This document shows positions 10,404-19,759 of a stretch of 64,000 nt of DNA, in pieces. The DNA is from an uncultured virus (IMG/VR IMGVR_UViG_3300015610_000939). Lineage: Duplodnaviria; Heunggongvirae; Uroviricota; Caudoviricetes. The stretch lies in IMG/VR virus record IMGVR_UViG_3300015610_000939. One strand, written 5' to 3'. The notes under the pieces are model-generated. The model was not told the origin of the DNA. It did no database searches and saw only the letters and a list, made by a program, of their open reading frames with translations. Made by a program: the position numbers and the translations under genes. Each line of letters opens with the position of its first letter. Positions within the stretch are counted from its first letter, which is position 1.

Positions 10404-12202
10404 TCGAGTCCATTCCATCAAAGAATGCAGCAATCCTTGACGTTCCAGATGTTGAGAGCTTTTCAGCCAAGTTCATCTACAACTATTGGACGAAGGACGA
10501 GTTCGAGAATGGCCTTGGATCGTCTCAGGCAGCCCTCAAGCAGCTTCCTTCCGAGTCGTTCGATGCCTCGTTCGTTGAGAAGACAAGACGGCTTCCAAGG
10601 CTTGTGAAGCTCGTTTGGAAGCCTGTCGTTCTCAACCCAGATATTCGACCTCGTGTTTCAATCCAAGCTAACCTTGGCAAGCTACACAGCGAGGAAACCT
10701 TTACCAACACAGACTACACAACCCTGGAGTTGCAAGATAGCGGTTTGGACTTGAAGTTGAAGTTCTTCGCTGACCAGCTTGCCAAGCAGCTCCCGGAGTT
10801 CGAGACGACACAGTCGGCCAACGAACTCATTGCCTTGCTTAACAAAAGCACAAGCGATCAGGTCTCGGCATCCTTTCTTGCAGAAATCATCTCCGATCTT
10901 TCCAGGCAAGGTGTCCTTTTCCAATCCAAGGGACAAGCAAGCGATAGCATCCTGGGAAGGATCAAGGAGGTTGCCCTGAGCACGAGGGTAAGCAACAGGC
11001 TCTTGGTTCCAATGATTACCTCTGCCAGAACAGACTCCGTTGGTGTCTTTGCAGATGAACTGGGAGCTTCGGAGTTCTTGAAGAAGATGCAGCAAATTCA
11101 AGATATTGCTGTTGCCAGTGCAAATTCCAACATCTTCAGCCCAAACGACTTCGAGTTTGAGGTTCTCTCTTACGTCGGTGTCCGACCTCTCGATACCAAC
11201 GGGTACCAACCTGTTGCCCAGAGTATTGGGTACATCATCGAGAAACGAGAAGTCAAGTCTGATGGAACAGAACAGGTCTACGATCCTATCGTCGTTGAAG
11301 ATCCAAGGATTTCAGTAACTTACGACGGAAAGATTCGTTATGGGTCATCGTACTTCTACAAGATCAGGGCTGTGTTCCTGGTAGAAGCTCGGTCGACAGA
11401 AGAGTCCACGAGCCAGAACTTGTTGGTATCCTTCTTGGTTGGATCTAAGCTCACTGCTGAGGTTGAAGTCCAGACAGTAGAGATGATCCCTCCCCCACCG
11501 CCAGCAGACTTCAATCTTGCCTGGGACTTTGGTGAGAGGGCATTGAGATGCACCTGGAACTTGCCGCCAAATTCCCAGCAGGACATCAAGTACATTCAAC
11601 TCTTCAGGCGAAGGAGCATTTCCGATCCTTTCCAGTTGATCAAGATGTGGGACTTCAACGACACCAACACGATCGTCCCCCTTGCCGAGTACCCACTCCC
11701 GGAGCTGGTTGTGAAGACACCAAGCTTTGTTGGAGTGTTTCTTGACAGGGAGTTTAGCAAGGAGTCCAACTACATCTACGCTGTAGCAGCGGTAGATGCC
11801 CATGGATTGACCTCCAACTATTCGATGCAACTCCAGGTGTCCTTTGACAAGTTCGCCAACAAGCTTGTCAAGAAGCTCATTTCCATCTCTGGAGCCCCAA
11901 AACAGTACCCAAATGCGTATCTGAACGCAGATACCTTCGTGGATACAATGAAGGATTCGGGCCACACTACTATGCGGGTGGTGTTTAACCCGGAATACCT
12001 GAAGCTCGTAAAAGGCGATGGAACAGACCTTGGTCTATTGAAGACCGATCGCCAAAATGGACTCTACAGGATTCAGTTGATCAACATTGACCTGCAATCT
12101 CAGCAAACAGTCGATGTAACGATCGAGGATTCCAGGAAAACAAGCCCCGACACCAAAATCAACTCCGCCATTCCAGGAGCCAAAAATACCGGGCGGCTCT
12201 AG
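10400..12202 (+). CDS. FN3-like domain virion protein
   Basis: PPPPPADFNLAW...YIYAVAAVDAHGLTSNYS is an FN3-like pattern. Confidence 0.55.
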   Translation: MIESIPSKNAAILDVPDVESFSAKFIYNYWTKDEFENGLGSSQAALKQLPSESFDASFVEKTRRLPRLVKLVWKPVVLNPDIRPRVSIQANLGKLHSEETFTNTDYTTLELQDSGLDLKLKFFADQLAKQLPEFETTQSANELIALLNKSTSDQVSASFLAEIISDLSRQGVLFQSKGQASDSILGRIKEVALSTRVSNRLLVPMITSARTDSVGVFADELGASEFLKKMQQIQDIAVASANSNIFSPNDFEFEVLSYVGVRPLDTNGYQPVAQSIGYIIEKREVKSDGTEQVYDPIVVEDPRISVTYDGKIRYGSSYFYKIRAVFLVEARSTEESTSQNLLVSFLVGSKLTAEVEVQTVEMIPPPPPADFNLAWDFGERALRCTWNLPPNSQQDIKYIQLFRRRSISDPFQLIKMWDFNDTNTIVPLAEYPLPELVVKTPSFVGVFLDREFSKESNYIYAVAAVDAHGLTSNYSMQLQVSFDKFANKLVKKLISISGAPKQYPNAYLNADTFVDTMKDSGHTTMRVVFNPEYLKLVKGDGTDLGLLKTDRQNGLYRIQLINIDLQSQQTVDVTIEDSRKTSPDTKINSAIPGAKNTGRL

Positions 12203-12225
12203 TTAGCTCAGAATAGAGGTAAGCA

Positions 12226-12942
12226 GTGGGATTCCTACAGCAAAGCACAAACAACATTATCCTGGACGCTGCGCTGACAGACACAGGGCGTGCATTCATC
12301 TCCAGGAATGATGGCAGCTTTTCCATCGTGAAGTTTGCGGTTGGCGACGACGAGATCGACTACACCATCATCAAACAGTTTGGCCGTACAGTTGGCAAGG
12401 AAAAGATTGAGAAGAACACTCCGGTCTTTGAAGCCTTGACAAATGGGGCGTTTGCTTTGAAGAATCGCTGCGTTTCCTTGTCGAACCCAAACCTTGTTCG
12501 CCTCCCAAGTCTTGCTCTTGCTGGCATTGGAGTGAATAGCACCACCAACGTCGTCTCTATTGGTACCACAACGACCCGTACCCGTCAACTCGCCATCCAA
12601 CAAACGATTGGCGGCGGCGAAACCACGATTGACGTGGAGCTGAGGGACCAAGCATTTGTCCTGGAGCTGGACAATAGGTTCCTCCAGGTTCTTTCCCGTG
12701 CTCCAGACAATGTGGATGTGCAACAGAGAGCAACCTACATCATCTCCAGGGATGCAGCAGAGACCTCAGTTGGAGGTTCTCAGGTTACTTTCTCCATTGG
12801 AGTGAAAGCAATCACAGAATCTCAGTTCCAGGTGTATGGAGCCAAGTACAACAAGAACTTGATTTCCACGTTCGTTCGCGTTTCCGGCATCCAATCGGGA
12901 GCCGTTCTGGAATTCGAAGTCCAGATCAACAAGCTGAGCTGA
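12226..12942 (+). CDS. putative baseplate/virion protein
   Basis: GTG start with GAGGT SD; LTDTGRAFI...IVKFAVGDDEIDY; CTAGTTA motif at 12199. Confidence 0.6.
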   Translation: MGFLQQSTNNIILDAALTDTGRAFISRNDGSFSIVKFAVGDDEIDYTIIKQFGRTVGKEKIEKNTPVFEALTNGAFALKNRCVSLSNPNLVRLPSLALAGIGVNSTTNVVSIGTTTTRTRQLAIQQTIGGGETTIDVELRDQAFVLELDNRFLQVLSRAPDNVDVQQRATYIISRDAAETSVGGSQVTFSIGVKAITESQFQVYGAKYNKNLISTFVRVSGIQSGAVLEFEVQINKLS

Positions 12943-12955
12943 AAAGGGCTTAAAG

Positions 12956-14110
12956 ATGGCAACATTCAAGGAATTTGACGCTTCTGACATCAAGAACTCC
13001 AAGAGCTTCCTTTCGCAGCTTGTGGACATTGTTCAGGAAGACATCTCCGGGTCAACTACCCGAAAGAGAGAAGTCGTTTACGTGACCGGAGGACTTGGCC
13101 CAGGTGTGTCCAGCTCGCTCTTCCAGACGGTTTACGATCAGGACTTCACCCTCCAGACGGCAAACGCTGTTTTTGACATGACATTCGGACTCCATGTGAG
13201 CTCGTCTGTTGTTTCCGGTGCAAGTCCAACGGTTGATTCCAACGGCAAGTACACCTTCCCATCGCAGTCCTTGATGATGCGAGAGAAGATGACGATGTAC
13301 CGCCAATTCGCCAGCTCGCTCCTGGGTGATGCGGAAAGTCAGTTCTCGTTTACCTCTGGCTCTACAACCACAACGATCAACGAGCCGCTGTTCATTTGTT
13401 TCAAGCGTCTTTTCCACAGGGATCAGATCAAGCGCGAGACCTTTGCCATCCAACTCTACCAAACGGCTTCCAGCAACCAGCTCGGCTCCACGGCAGTCGG
13501 CGGAGTCATCTTCTCTGACTTGAGCTCCTCGGTCAACAAGGAGTTGAGTTTCGGCGGGCAGGTATCTACAATTGTGGTCAGTTCTAATCCAACCCAGCAA
13601 GTTGGAATGCTCTACCTCGACAGGGGCGTTGCTGTTCTCGATATGTCCAAGGTCTTCTGTGCTCAGAATACAGCCACAACGTACTTGACCGGAACAATTG
13701 ACGCGATCAGCACCGCAGGAACAGTTGGTTTCACGGGCTCGTTCAACCAGTTCCTTGCTTCTGCTTCGATGGACGATGTGCTTGACCACATTGCAACAAC
13801 GAGATTTTCTGGCAGCACAGGGACGGCAATCAACTTCCAGAACATCACGAACATCAACAGCACCTTGTTCTTCTGCCGCCTGGGTGCCGATGAGTTCAAC
13901 TACTCTTCCAACCCAACGTACGTCGACTCCGATGGGAGAATCCAGGTTATTGACGAAGGTCAAGAAGAGAACCAGCGCGCATTCACCTTTGTGACAACGG
14001 TTGGTCTCTACGATGCCTTGGACAACCTTCTGGCTGTTGCCAAGCTTTCTCGCCCGGTTCTCAAGGATGACGAGCGAGACATGACCCTCAAGGTCAGACT
14101 CGACTTCTGA
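12956..14110 (+). CDS. putative baseplate/virion protein
   Basis: C-terminal VTTVGLYDALDNLLAVAKLSRP...KVRLDF, shared with the next gene. Confidence 0.6.
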   Translation: MATFKEFDASDIKNSKSFLSQLVDIVQEDISGSTTRKREVVYVTGGLGPGVSSSLFQTVYDQDFTLQTANAVFDMTFGLHVSSSVVSGASPTVDSNGKYTFPSQSLMMREKMTMYRQFASSLLGDAESQFSFTSGSTTTTINEPLFICFKRLFHRDQIKRETFAIQLYQTASSNQLGSTAVGGVIFSDLSSSVNKELSFGGQVSTIVVSSNPTQQVGMLYLDRGVAVLDMSKVFCAQNTATTYLTGTIDAISTAGTVGFTGSFNQFLASASMDDVLDHIATTRFSGSTGTAINFQNITNINSTLFFCRLGADEFNYSSNPTYVDSDGRIQVIDEGQEENQRAFTFVTTVGLYDALDNLLAVAKLSRPVLKDDERDMTLKVRLDF

Positions 14111-14122
14111 CAGCGAGGAAAA

Positions 14123-16495
14123 ATGGTCCAGAGGATCAACCCAGACGACATTGAAGTTTTCACCCTTACCACCCACCCACCAAGAACGTTCTTTTCGAGC
14201 TCCCAGGGAGTTGTAAGTGGCACACTCAACGTCTTCGCTCGTAGGTCTTCCTACGAGAAGGAGGTTCATCCTCTTTCCATTTTCACTGGTTCCTTTGCGG
14301 ATCAAAACCTAGACGTTGTCAGGCAAGCAATCGTCGATTCAACTGCTTCCAACAAGTCGGGGATGTTGAGCACCTACCTTCAGTTGGTGAACTCGCAGTC
14401 CGTCTCTTCCAGGAAGCAGCAGACTGTTGAAATCATCCGGTTTACACCGTCAGCGCAGTTTAGCTCGAACAGCATGAGGAAAAAGGTTGTGATGAACAAC
14501 CTGATGCCCTACTACAGGACAGTCTACCCTGAAGCTCACTTTGCTTTCGCAAACTACAACAGCCTGAACTTCGTGACTGGCTCCGGTCTTCCAAGTGACA
14601 CTGCTCTTATCTACGCAGACAACTCGAAGCAGTACGCCGTTACTGGAGCATTCTCCTTGGACTTCTGGATTAACCCAAGATACACCAACGACTACGAGGG
14701 TGCTGGGTTCAAAACGGGTACGATCCTGCACCGATCTTCCTCTTTTGCCATCTCCCTGGCTTCTGGCTCTTCCAGGGACATCAACGGCAAGGTGGATGGG
14801 TTCAAGCTCGTCTTGCAACTCAGCCACAGCGCTGAGGTATCCCCGAGCGTAGCGGCAGCGGGAGCTTTCCCAAGTGATTTGATCTTCTTCTCTGACGACA
14901 ACTCCCTTACACGGAATACGTGGCATCACGTTACCGTCCGTTGGGGAGGTCAATCCTACAACAATGGTTCCGGTTCCTTCGTTATCGACGGGACAGCAGC
15001 GGGAACCTTTGTCATTCCTTCCTCCAGCCTTGCGGATAGGTTTTCCGAGAACTGTCTGTTCGTTGGTAACTTTTTTGCTGGAAAGAACCCGGAATACTTC
15101 TTTACGGCCGAAGTAGCATCCAGGGATGGACTCACACAGCTCATTGGAGGAACAGGTCAGCAACCTGCAACCACGTCCCTGGACCACCCTCTGAACGCCG
15201 AGGTGCATGAGCTCAAGCTCTACAACCGCTACCTGAGCGACGACGAGATTACCACCCTTCAAACGAACGGACCGGCGTCAGGAAGCGCCTTGCTTCACGA
15301 CTCCTTGAAGTTCTACCTTCCTCCATTCTACACGACGGAATCGCCTTATAGGAGCTTCTACTCTACCCATGGTGGAGTGATCACAACTCCATTTTACGAA
15401 AGAGACGGAACCACAAAGGCTCCAATCAACGTCGATGTATCCTTCGGAGGGTATGGACACTACCTGAACCTGGAGAACTACGTGCGGGACTTTGCAACAG
15501 GCAAGTACGCTCGTTTGTTCCACCTCACGGCTTCCGTTCTCACAGCTTCGGCAACAACCCCAACCAGCTTCAACGACTTCCTGTATGCAACGGGGTCCAA
15601 CCTGAAGCGCCAAATGACCATTTTGCCGAACGACAACGGCAACTTCTATCCAAACTTCAGTTTCATGATCCCAGGGCCAGCAGACTACGCTGTGTCGGGA
15701 AGTCCTTTCTCTGTGACACAGAGCTTTCAAGCTCCGTACAAGGTTGCTTCAACGCAATTCGTGAATGACCTTGGGTCGGTATCTCCGGGGTTTGTAACCT
15801 TGAGGGATTATCTGCCAATCGGACTCTTTCAAGCCCAAGGCCAAACTTCAACTGGCTCCATGCTAGACACCCTGAATGGTGTTAGCCCAGATGACCTAAG
15901 CTTGAGACCAAGCACCGCTGGCAGGTACACGATCCTTCAGAGGACGGGAGACAATAGCTCGAACCAAGTTGTCTTCTTTGACATCTCCAACCTCTACTAC
16001 GGCCAGAAGATCCAACCTGGGTCCTTTGTGCTTAGAGATACCAGCTTCTCTGGCTCCTACGGGAAGATGGAGTTCACTATCCGCGATGATGGTGAAGGTA
16101 ACCTCTATCGTTCGAACACCTCTGGCTCATCTCCAGATTGGGCAAGCCTGGGAAACATCTTCTACAACGAAGGTATCGTGGTTCTGAAGCACCCAGCTCT
16201 CTACTTCTTTGGCAAAGACCAATTCGAGGCCACATTCCAGGGCGAGCAGAACACTCACATCTTGACCTTCAACCTTGCAAAGAGGTCAATGATGGCAACG
16301 TCTTCCAGCAACCCGAACTACATGCCGGTTTCTGCTTCGGACAATGCCAATGACACCGACCAGAGGTTCGTCTACATCACAGGAATCAACCTGCATGACG
16401 ACAACCTCAACGTGATCGCCAGGACCTCCCTTGCTCAGCCAATTGTTGCCAGAACCAGCGACAAGTTCCTCTTCAAGGTCAGGATGGACTTCTGA
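14123..16495 (+). CDS. LamG/ConA-like domain virion protein
   Basis: FSLDFWINP...WHHVTVRW...VHELKLYNRYLSDDEI LamG signature; C-terminal motif paralogous to 12956..14110. Confidence 0.7.
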   Translation: MVQRINPDDIEVFTLTTHPPRTFFSSSQGVVSGTLNVFARRSSYEKEVHPLSIFTGSFADQNLDVVRQAIVDSTASNKSGMLSTYLQLVNSQSVSSRKQQTVEIIRFTPSAQFSSNSMRKKVVMNNLMPYYRTVYPEAHFAFANYNSLNFVTGSGLPSDTALIYADNSKQYAVTGAFSLDFWINPRYTNDYEGAGFKTGTILHRSSSFAISLASGSSRDINGKVDGFKLVLQLSHSAEVSPSVAAAGAFPSDLIFFSDDNSLTRNTWHHVTVRWGGQSYNNGSGSFVIDGTAAGTFVIPSSSLADRFSENCLFVGNFFAGKNPEYFFTAEVASRDGLTQLIGGTGQQPATTSLDHPLNAEVHELKLYNRYLSDDEITTLQTNGPASGSALLHDSLKFYLPPFYTTESPYRSFYSTHGGVITTPFYERDGTTKAPINVDVSFGGYGHYLNLENYVRDFATGKYARLFHLTASVLTASATTPTSFNDFLYATGSNLKRQMTILPNDNGNFYPNFSFMIPGPADYAVSGSPFSVTQSFQAPYKVASTQFVNDLGSVSPGFVTLRDYLPIGLFQAQGQTSTGSMLDTLNGVSPDDLSLRPSTAGRYTILQRTGDNSSNQVVFFDISNLYYGQKIQPGSFVLRDTSFSGSYGKMEFTIRDDGEGNLYRSNTSGSSPDWASLGNIFYNEGIVVLKHPALYFFGKDQFEATFQGEQNTHILTFNLAKRSMMATSSSNPNYMPVSASDNANDTDQRFVYITGINLHDDNLNVIARTSLAQPIVARTSDKFLFKVRMDF

Positions 16496-16532
16496 TTTAA
16501 CCTAATGATTGTTTGGCAGTATACTTACTCGT

Positions 16533-17504
16533 ATGACCATACTATCGGACAATCAGACTTCGCCTCGATCCGTTACATTTCAATGCAATAACTGCAACAA
16601 GCAATTCATCAAATCGGGCGCAAAGCTCGATGCTAAGATGCTCTTGAGAGAATTGCATTACTGTAAAATCGCCTGTTGTTACGAACACCGTCGTAACATG
16701 ACAGGTAGTTTTAAGCCTGCCAACACAAAGATTGCGCTAATATGCGAAACTTGCGGGAATGGTTTTCAAAAGTGGAGGTCAACCAACCCGAATGCTTCAC
16801 ACCGCTTTTGTTCCAAGAAGTGCTATGGTCGTGGCATCTCGACAGGCATCGTGCCAATGAATATTGAGATGACTGATGAAGTCAAAGCTAAAATTGGAAA
16901 AGAAACTAAAGAGAGGTACAAGACACAGTCTCATCCATTCCTTGGCCGAAGGCACACTGAAGAGTCAAAGGCGAAGATGTCACTGGAGCAAACATCTTCT
17001 GGTCGTTCCAAAGGTAGCAATAATCCAATGTACGGCAAGCATCACACGGATGATGCCAAAGCATCAATGTCTGAAAAGCATTCGTTGGCCTTTGTTGAAG
17101 GTCGTAGAAAGCAGTATGGCAAAAATGGCCACAAACACGGCACTTACACGTCTTCCAAAACTGGCATCGAAATGACATATCGCTCGTCATGGGAGTTGGC
17201 CACGATGAAGTGGTTGGACGCCAACCCAGATGTGCAAACGTACAGCTATGAGTCTTTGAGAATTCCCTATTGGATCTTGGAGCTATCAGGTGTCAAACAA
17301 AAGCGGCACTATGTCCCCGACTTCCTGGTTACCTTTACAGATGCTCGCAAAGAACTCTGGGAGCTAAAACCCGCTGCGTTCTCAAATAACACTAAGACCG
17401 AGATTAAACAGATTGCGGCCAAGACATGGTGCTTTGACAACAGCGTGGCTCTATATCGACTTCTGTCAAAAGAGCAACTGAAACAATTGGGCATCTTGCT
17501 GTAA
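16533..17504 (+). CDS. putative homing endonuclease: Cys-rich region + NUMOD3 repeats + TnsA/gp4-like PD-(D/E)xK nuclease
   Basis: CxxC motifs; HPFLGRRHTEESKAKMS and NPMYGKHHTDDAKASMS (NUMOD3); YRSSWE...YVPDFLV...ELKP; start placed at the ATG 5 nt after ATACTTA. Confidence 0.7.
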   Translation: MTILSDNQTSPRSVTFQCNNCNKQFIKSGAKLDAKMLLRELHYCKIACCYEHRRNMTGSFKPANTKIALICETCGNGFQKWRSTNPNASHRFCSKKCYGRGISTGIVPMNIEMTDEVKAKIGKETKERYKTQSHPFLGRRHTEESKAKMSLEQTSSGRSKGSNNPMYGKHHTDDAKASMSEKHSLAFVEGRRKQYGKNGHKHGTYTSSKTGIEMTYRSSWELATMKWLDANPDVQTYSYESLRIPYWILELSGVKQKRHYVPDFLVTFTDARKELWELKPAAFSNNTKTEIKQIAAKTWCFDNSVALYRLLSKEQLKQLGILL

Positions 17505-17525
17505 GAAACTGCACTATTTAGGCTT

Positions 17526-18194
17526 GTGAAACGTAATGAGCTAATTCTGTTCATTGAACAGGTCGTCAACCAAACCATTAGTGAAATCGCCACGGGTGTT
17601 GACCAAGCAGCCCAAAGCGGAATGGCTCTCTATGTTTCCGACAAAGGCAGCTCGCGATCTTTTATCCTTTACAACCCAGGGGAGCTTCGACGAGCTCTAG
17701 AAGACCCTGCGTATGAGAAAAGGTTGCATCTAAACCCCGGCAAGTTGATTGTGGGAGTAATTGACATTTCCCATCGAACAAAGTGTGATGGTGCATGGGT
17801 AGTGAACACTGTCGCAGCAGAGAAGGGTTTTGGCCCGCTGATGTACGACATTGCTTTTTCCAGTGTCGGTAAGGCTGGATTGATTTCTGACAGAGACACT
17901 GTGTCCAACTCTGCCAGGAAGATTTGGAAGCACATCGGCGGTTTCCGCAAGAGCGAGTTCTCGTTCTTTCCCATCAACCCAGACAACTATGACTGTATCT
18001 TTCCCGAGCGCCAAGAAACATACCTGAACTACAGGTATGTGCTCAACCAGCCAATTGACACTGGAAGACTTATCCAGCGAAGCAATGAGTTCCTGAAAAC
18101 TGTCGAATCTGAGTTGCCAAACTCCAACCCCATTGAAAAGCTTGATAAACTTGCCAACAAGTTCTTCAATGGCAAGAATGAAGGTTGGCTCTGA
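17526..18194 (+). CDS. GNAT-like protein with N-terminal leader
   Basis: VAAEKGFGPLMYDIA...LISDRDTVSNSARKIW resembles GNAT motifs A/B; CTATTTA 5 nt before GTG. Confidence 0.5.
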   Translation: MKRNELILFIEQVVNQTISEIATGVDQAAQSGMALYVSDKGSSRSFILYNPGELRRALEDPAYEKRLHLNPGKLIVGVIDISHRTKCDGAWVVNTVAAEKGFGPLMYDIAFSSVGKAGLISDRDTVSNSARKIWKHIGGFRKSEFSFFPINPDNYDCIFPERQETYLNYRYVLNQPIDTGRLIQRSNEFLKTVESELPNSNPIEKLDKLANKFFNGKNEGWL

Positions 18195-18195
18195 G

Positions 18196-18600
18196 TTACT
18201 TCCCCGAGAAGAGATCGTAGAGATCATCGTCCTGGAAGGAATCTCCGCGCATCACATCATCCTCGGCGACCGCTACCTCTGCCTTTTGGATCAATTCCTC
18301 TTGGCTCAAAGGTGGTTCGCCGAGCTCCATGCGGATTTGGTTCTCCCTGGCAATGAGCTCATCCACGGACAGCACTTCTCCCTGGAGAGAGAACTCATCA
18401 ATCTCGACCTCAGATGGTTCCTCTGGAGACATGCGAGTAGCTGGTCTGCCTGGGATGACCCTTGCGGACACTTGAACAGGTCCAACCTCAAGGCCGTGCA
18501 TGGTAACGCTGGAAAAGCCTTTTCCGGCAATCATCTCGTGGAGTGTACGCTTCACGGCTTCGTGGATCAAGGTTGCCAGTTGCTTTTTGGTCGTCTTCAT
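18196..18600 (-). CDS. hypothetical protein with N-terminal leader
   Basis: MKTTKKQLATLIHEAVKRTLHE; ATAATTA 8 nt upstream on the minus strand. Confidence 0.65.
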   Translation of the reverse strand: MKTTKKQLATLIHEAVKRTLHEMIAGKGFSSVTMHGLEVGPVQVSARVIPGRPATRMSPEEPSEVEIDEFSLQGEVLSVDELIARENQIRMELGEPPLSQEELIQKAEVAVAEDDVMRGDSFQDDDLYDLFSGK

Positions 18601-18702
18601 TTCTGTTCTAATTATTCCCCCTCCTCCGCTCTTCTTGGTTATCCTCCACTGTGAGAAGAGCTCTCATTTTCCTTTACCGGAAATAGGTGCCATACTCAAG
18701 CC

Positions 18703-19206
18703 ATGCCAACCCCACCAAAGAAGAAGCGCAAGCGCAAGAAGAAGTACAAGACCGGCACCCACAAGAGCCCAAAGTGTGCCACCTTGATCGAATACCGTTC
18801 GGGGTGGGAGAAGGAGGTCTGCATCTTCTTGGATAATGACCCCAACGTCGTTGAGTACGGATACGAGTGTGTAACCATCCCATACGTCTCAAATGTCCGT
18901 ACAGGCAAGATCCGTACCTATTACCCCGACTTCTTGGTGACCTACAAGGATGGGACAAAAAAGCTGATTGAGGTCAAGCGCCGAGACAAATTGGCCGACC
19001 CCAAGGTACTAAAGAAGGCGAAAGCGGCAGAAGAATGGGCAAAAAAGCAAAACATCGCGTACGAGTTCTGGACGAACACGATCATCATGGCACTGAAGAA
19101 GTTGAACCACGCCAACGATCCGCCGAAGCCACGGAAACCAAGGAAGCGGCGGGTGGTGAAAAAAGCGTCGACAAAGACACCCAGGAAGGCCAAGAGACGA
19201 TCGTAG
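18703..19206 (+). CDS. head completion nuclease (T4 gp4 / TnsA N-terminal-like)
   Basis: YRSGWEKEVCIFLDNDPNVVEYGYE...IPY...YYPDFLV...IEVK. Confidence 0.75.
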   Translation: MPTPPKKKRKRKKKYKTGTHKSPKCATLIEYRSGWEKEVCIFLDNDPNVVEYGYECVTIPYVSNVRTGKIRTYYPDFLVTYKDGTKKLIEVKRRDKLADPKVLKKAKAAEEWAKKQNIAYEFWTNTIIMALKKLNHANDPPKPRKPRKRRVVKKASTKTPRKAKRRS

Positions 19207-19754
19207 ACCTTGGGTTGGATATCTCCACCTCGATTACTGGCGTAGCCCTTCTTGACACCTCTGGAGAGATGGTCTTCATGGGACACGTTCCCTTGACATC
19301 CAAGAAGTATACCAACCTTTTCCAGAAGGCAGATGCCGTCCTGGAGTGGATGAAGGAAACACTTCCGAAGAACGTCAAGGTCCGGCGTATCTTTGTGGAA
19401 GCCAATGCCAAAGGCTTCTCTGCTGGTTTCTCCTCGGCCGATACCCTGTTCACCTTGGCAAAGATGAACGTCCTCGTCAGCTATCTCAGCCATAAGCACT
19501 TTGCGGTGCCTGTCCACGACGTAAACGTCACCTCAGCTCGCTCTAAGATCGGATACAAGGACAACCGCTCCGTCAAGCGCCCAGTGAAAGAGAAGGTCAG
19601 GGAGTTCGTCCTCCTTTGCTACCCGCATCTCCCATTTGAAACCAGGGAGGTCAAGAAGGGAAAGAAAAAGGGGACAAGAGTGCCCGTGGCAGGAGCAGCC
19701 GACGAAATTGATGCTTGGGTGATTTGTCGTGGCGGGCAACTTGCTGTAGGCTAG
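19035..19754 (+). CDS. RuvC-like Holliday junction resolvase
   Basis: LGLDISTSITGVA, IFVE, DEIDAWVI acidic catalytic motifs; start uncertain (overlaps previous gene). Confidence 0.75.
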   Translation: MGKKAKHRVRVLDEHDHHGTEEVEPRQRSAEATETKEAAGGEKSVDKDTQEGQETIVDLGLDISTSITGVALLDTSGEMVFMGHVPLTSKKYTNLFQKADAVLEWMKETLPKNVKVRRIFVEANAKGFSAGFSSADTLFTLAKMNVLVSYLSHKHFAVPVHDVNVTSARSKIGYKDNRSVKRPVKEKVREFVLLCYPHLPFETREVKKGKKKGTRVPVAGAADEIDAWVICRGGQLAVG

Positions 19755-19759
19755 GGTGC

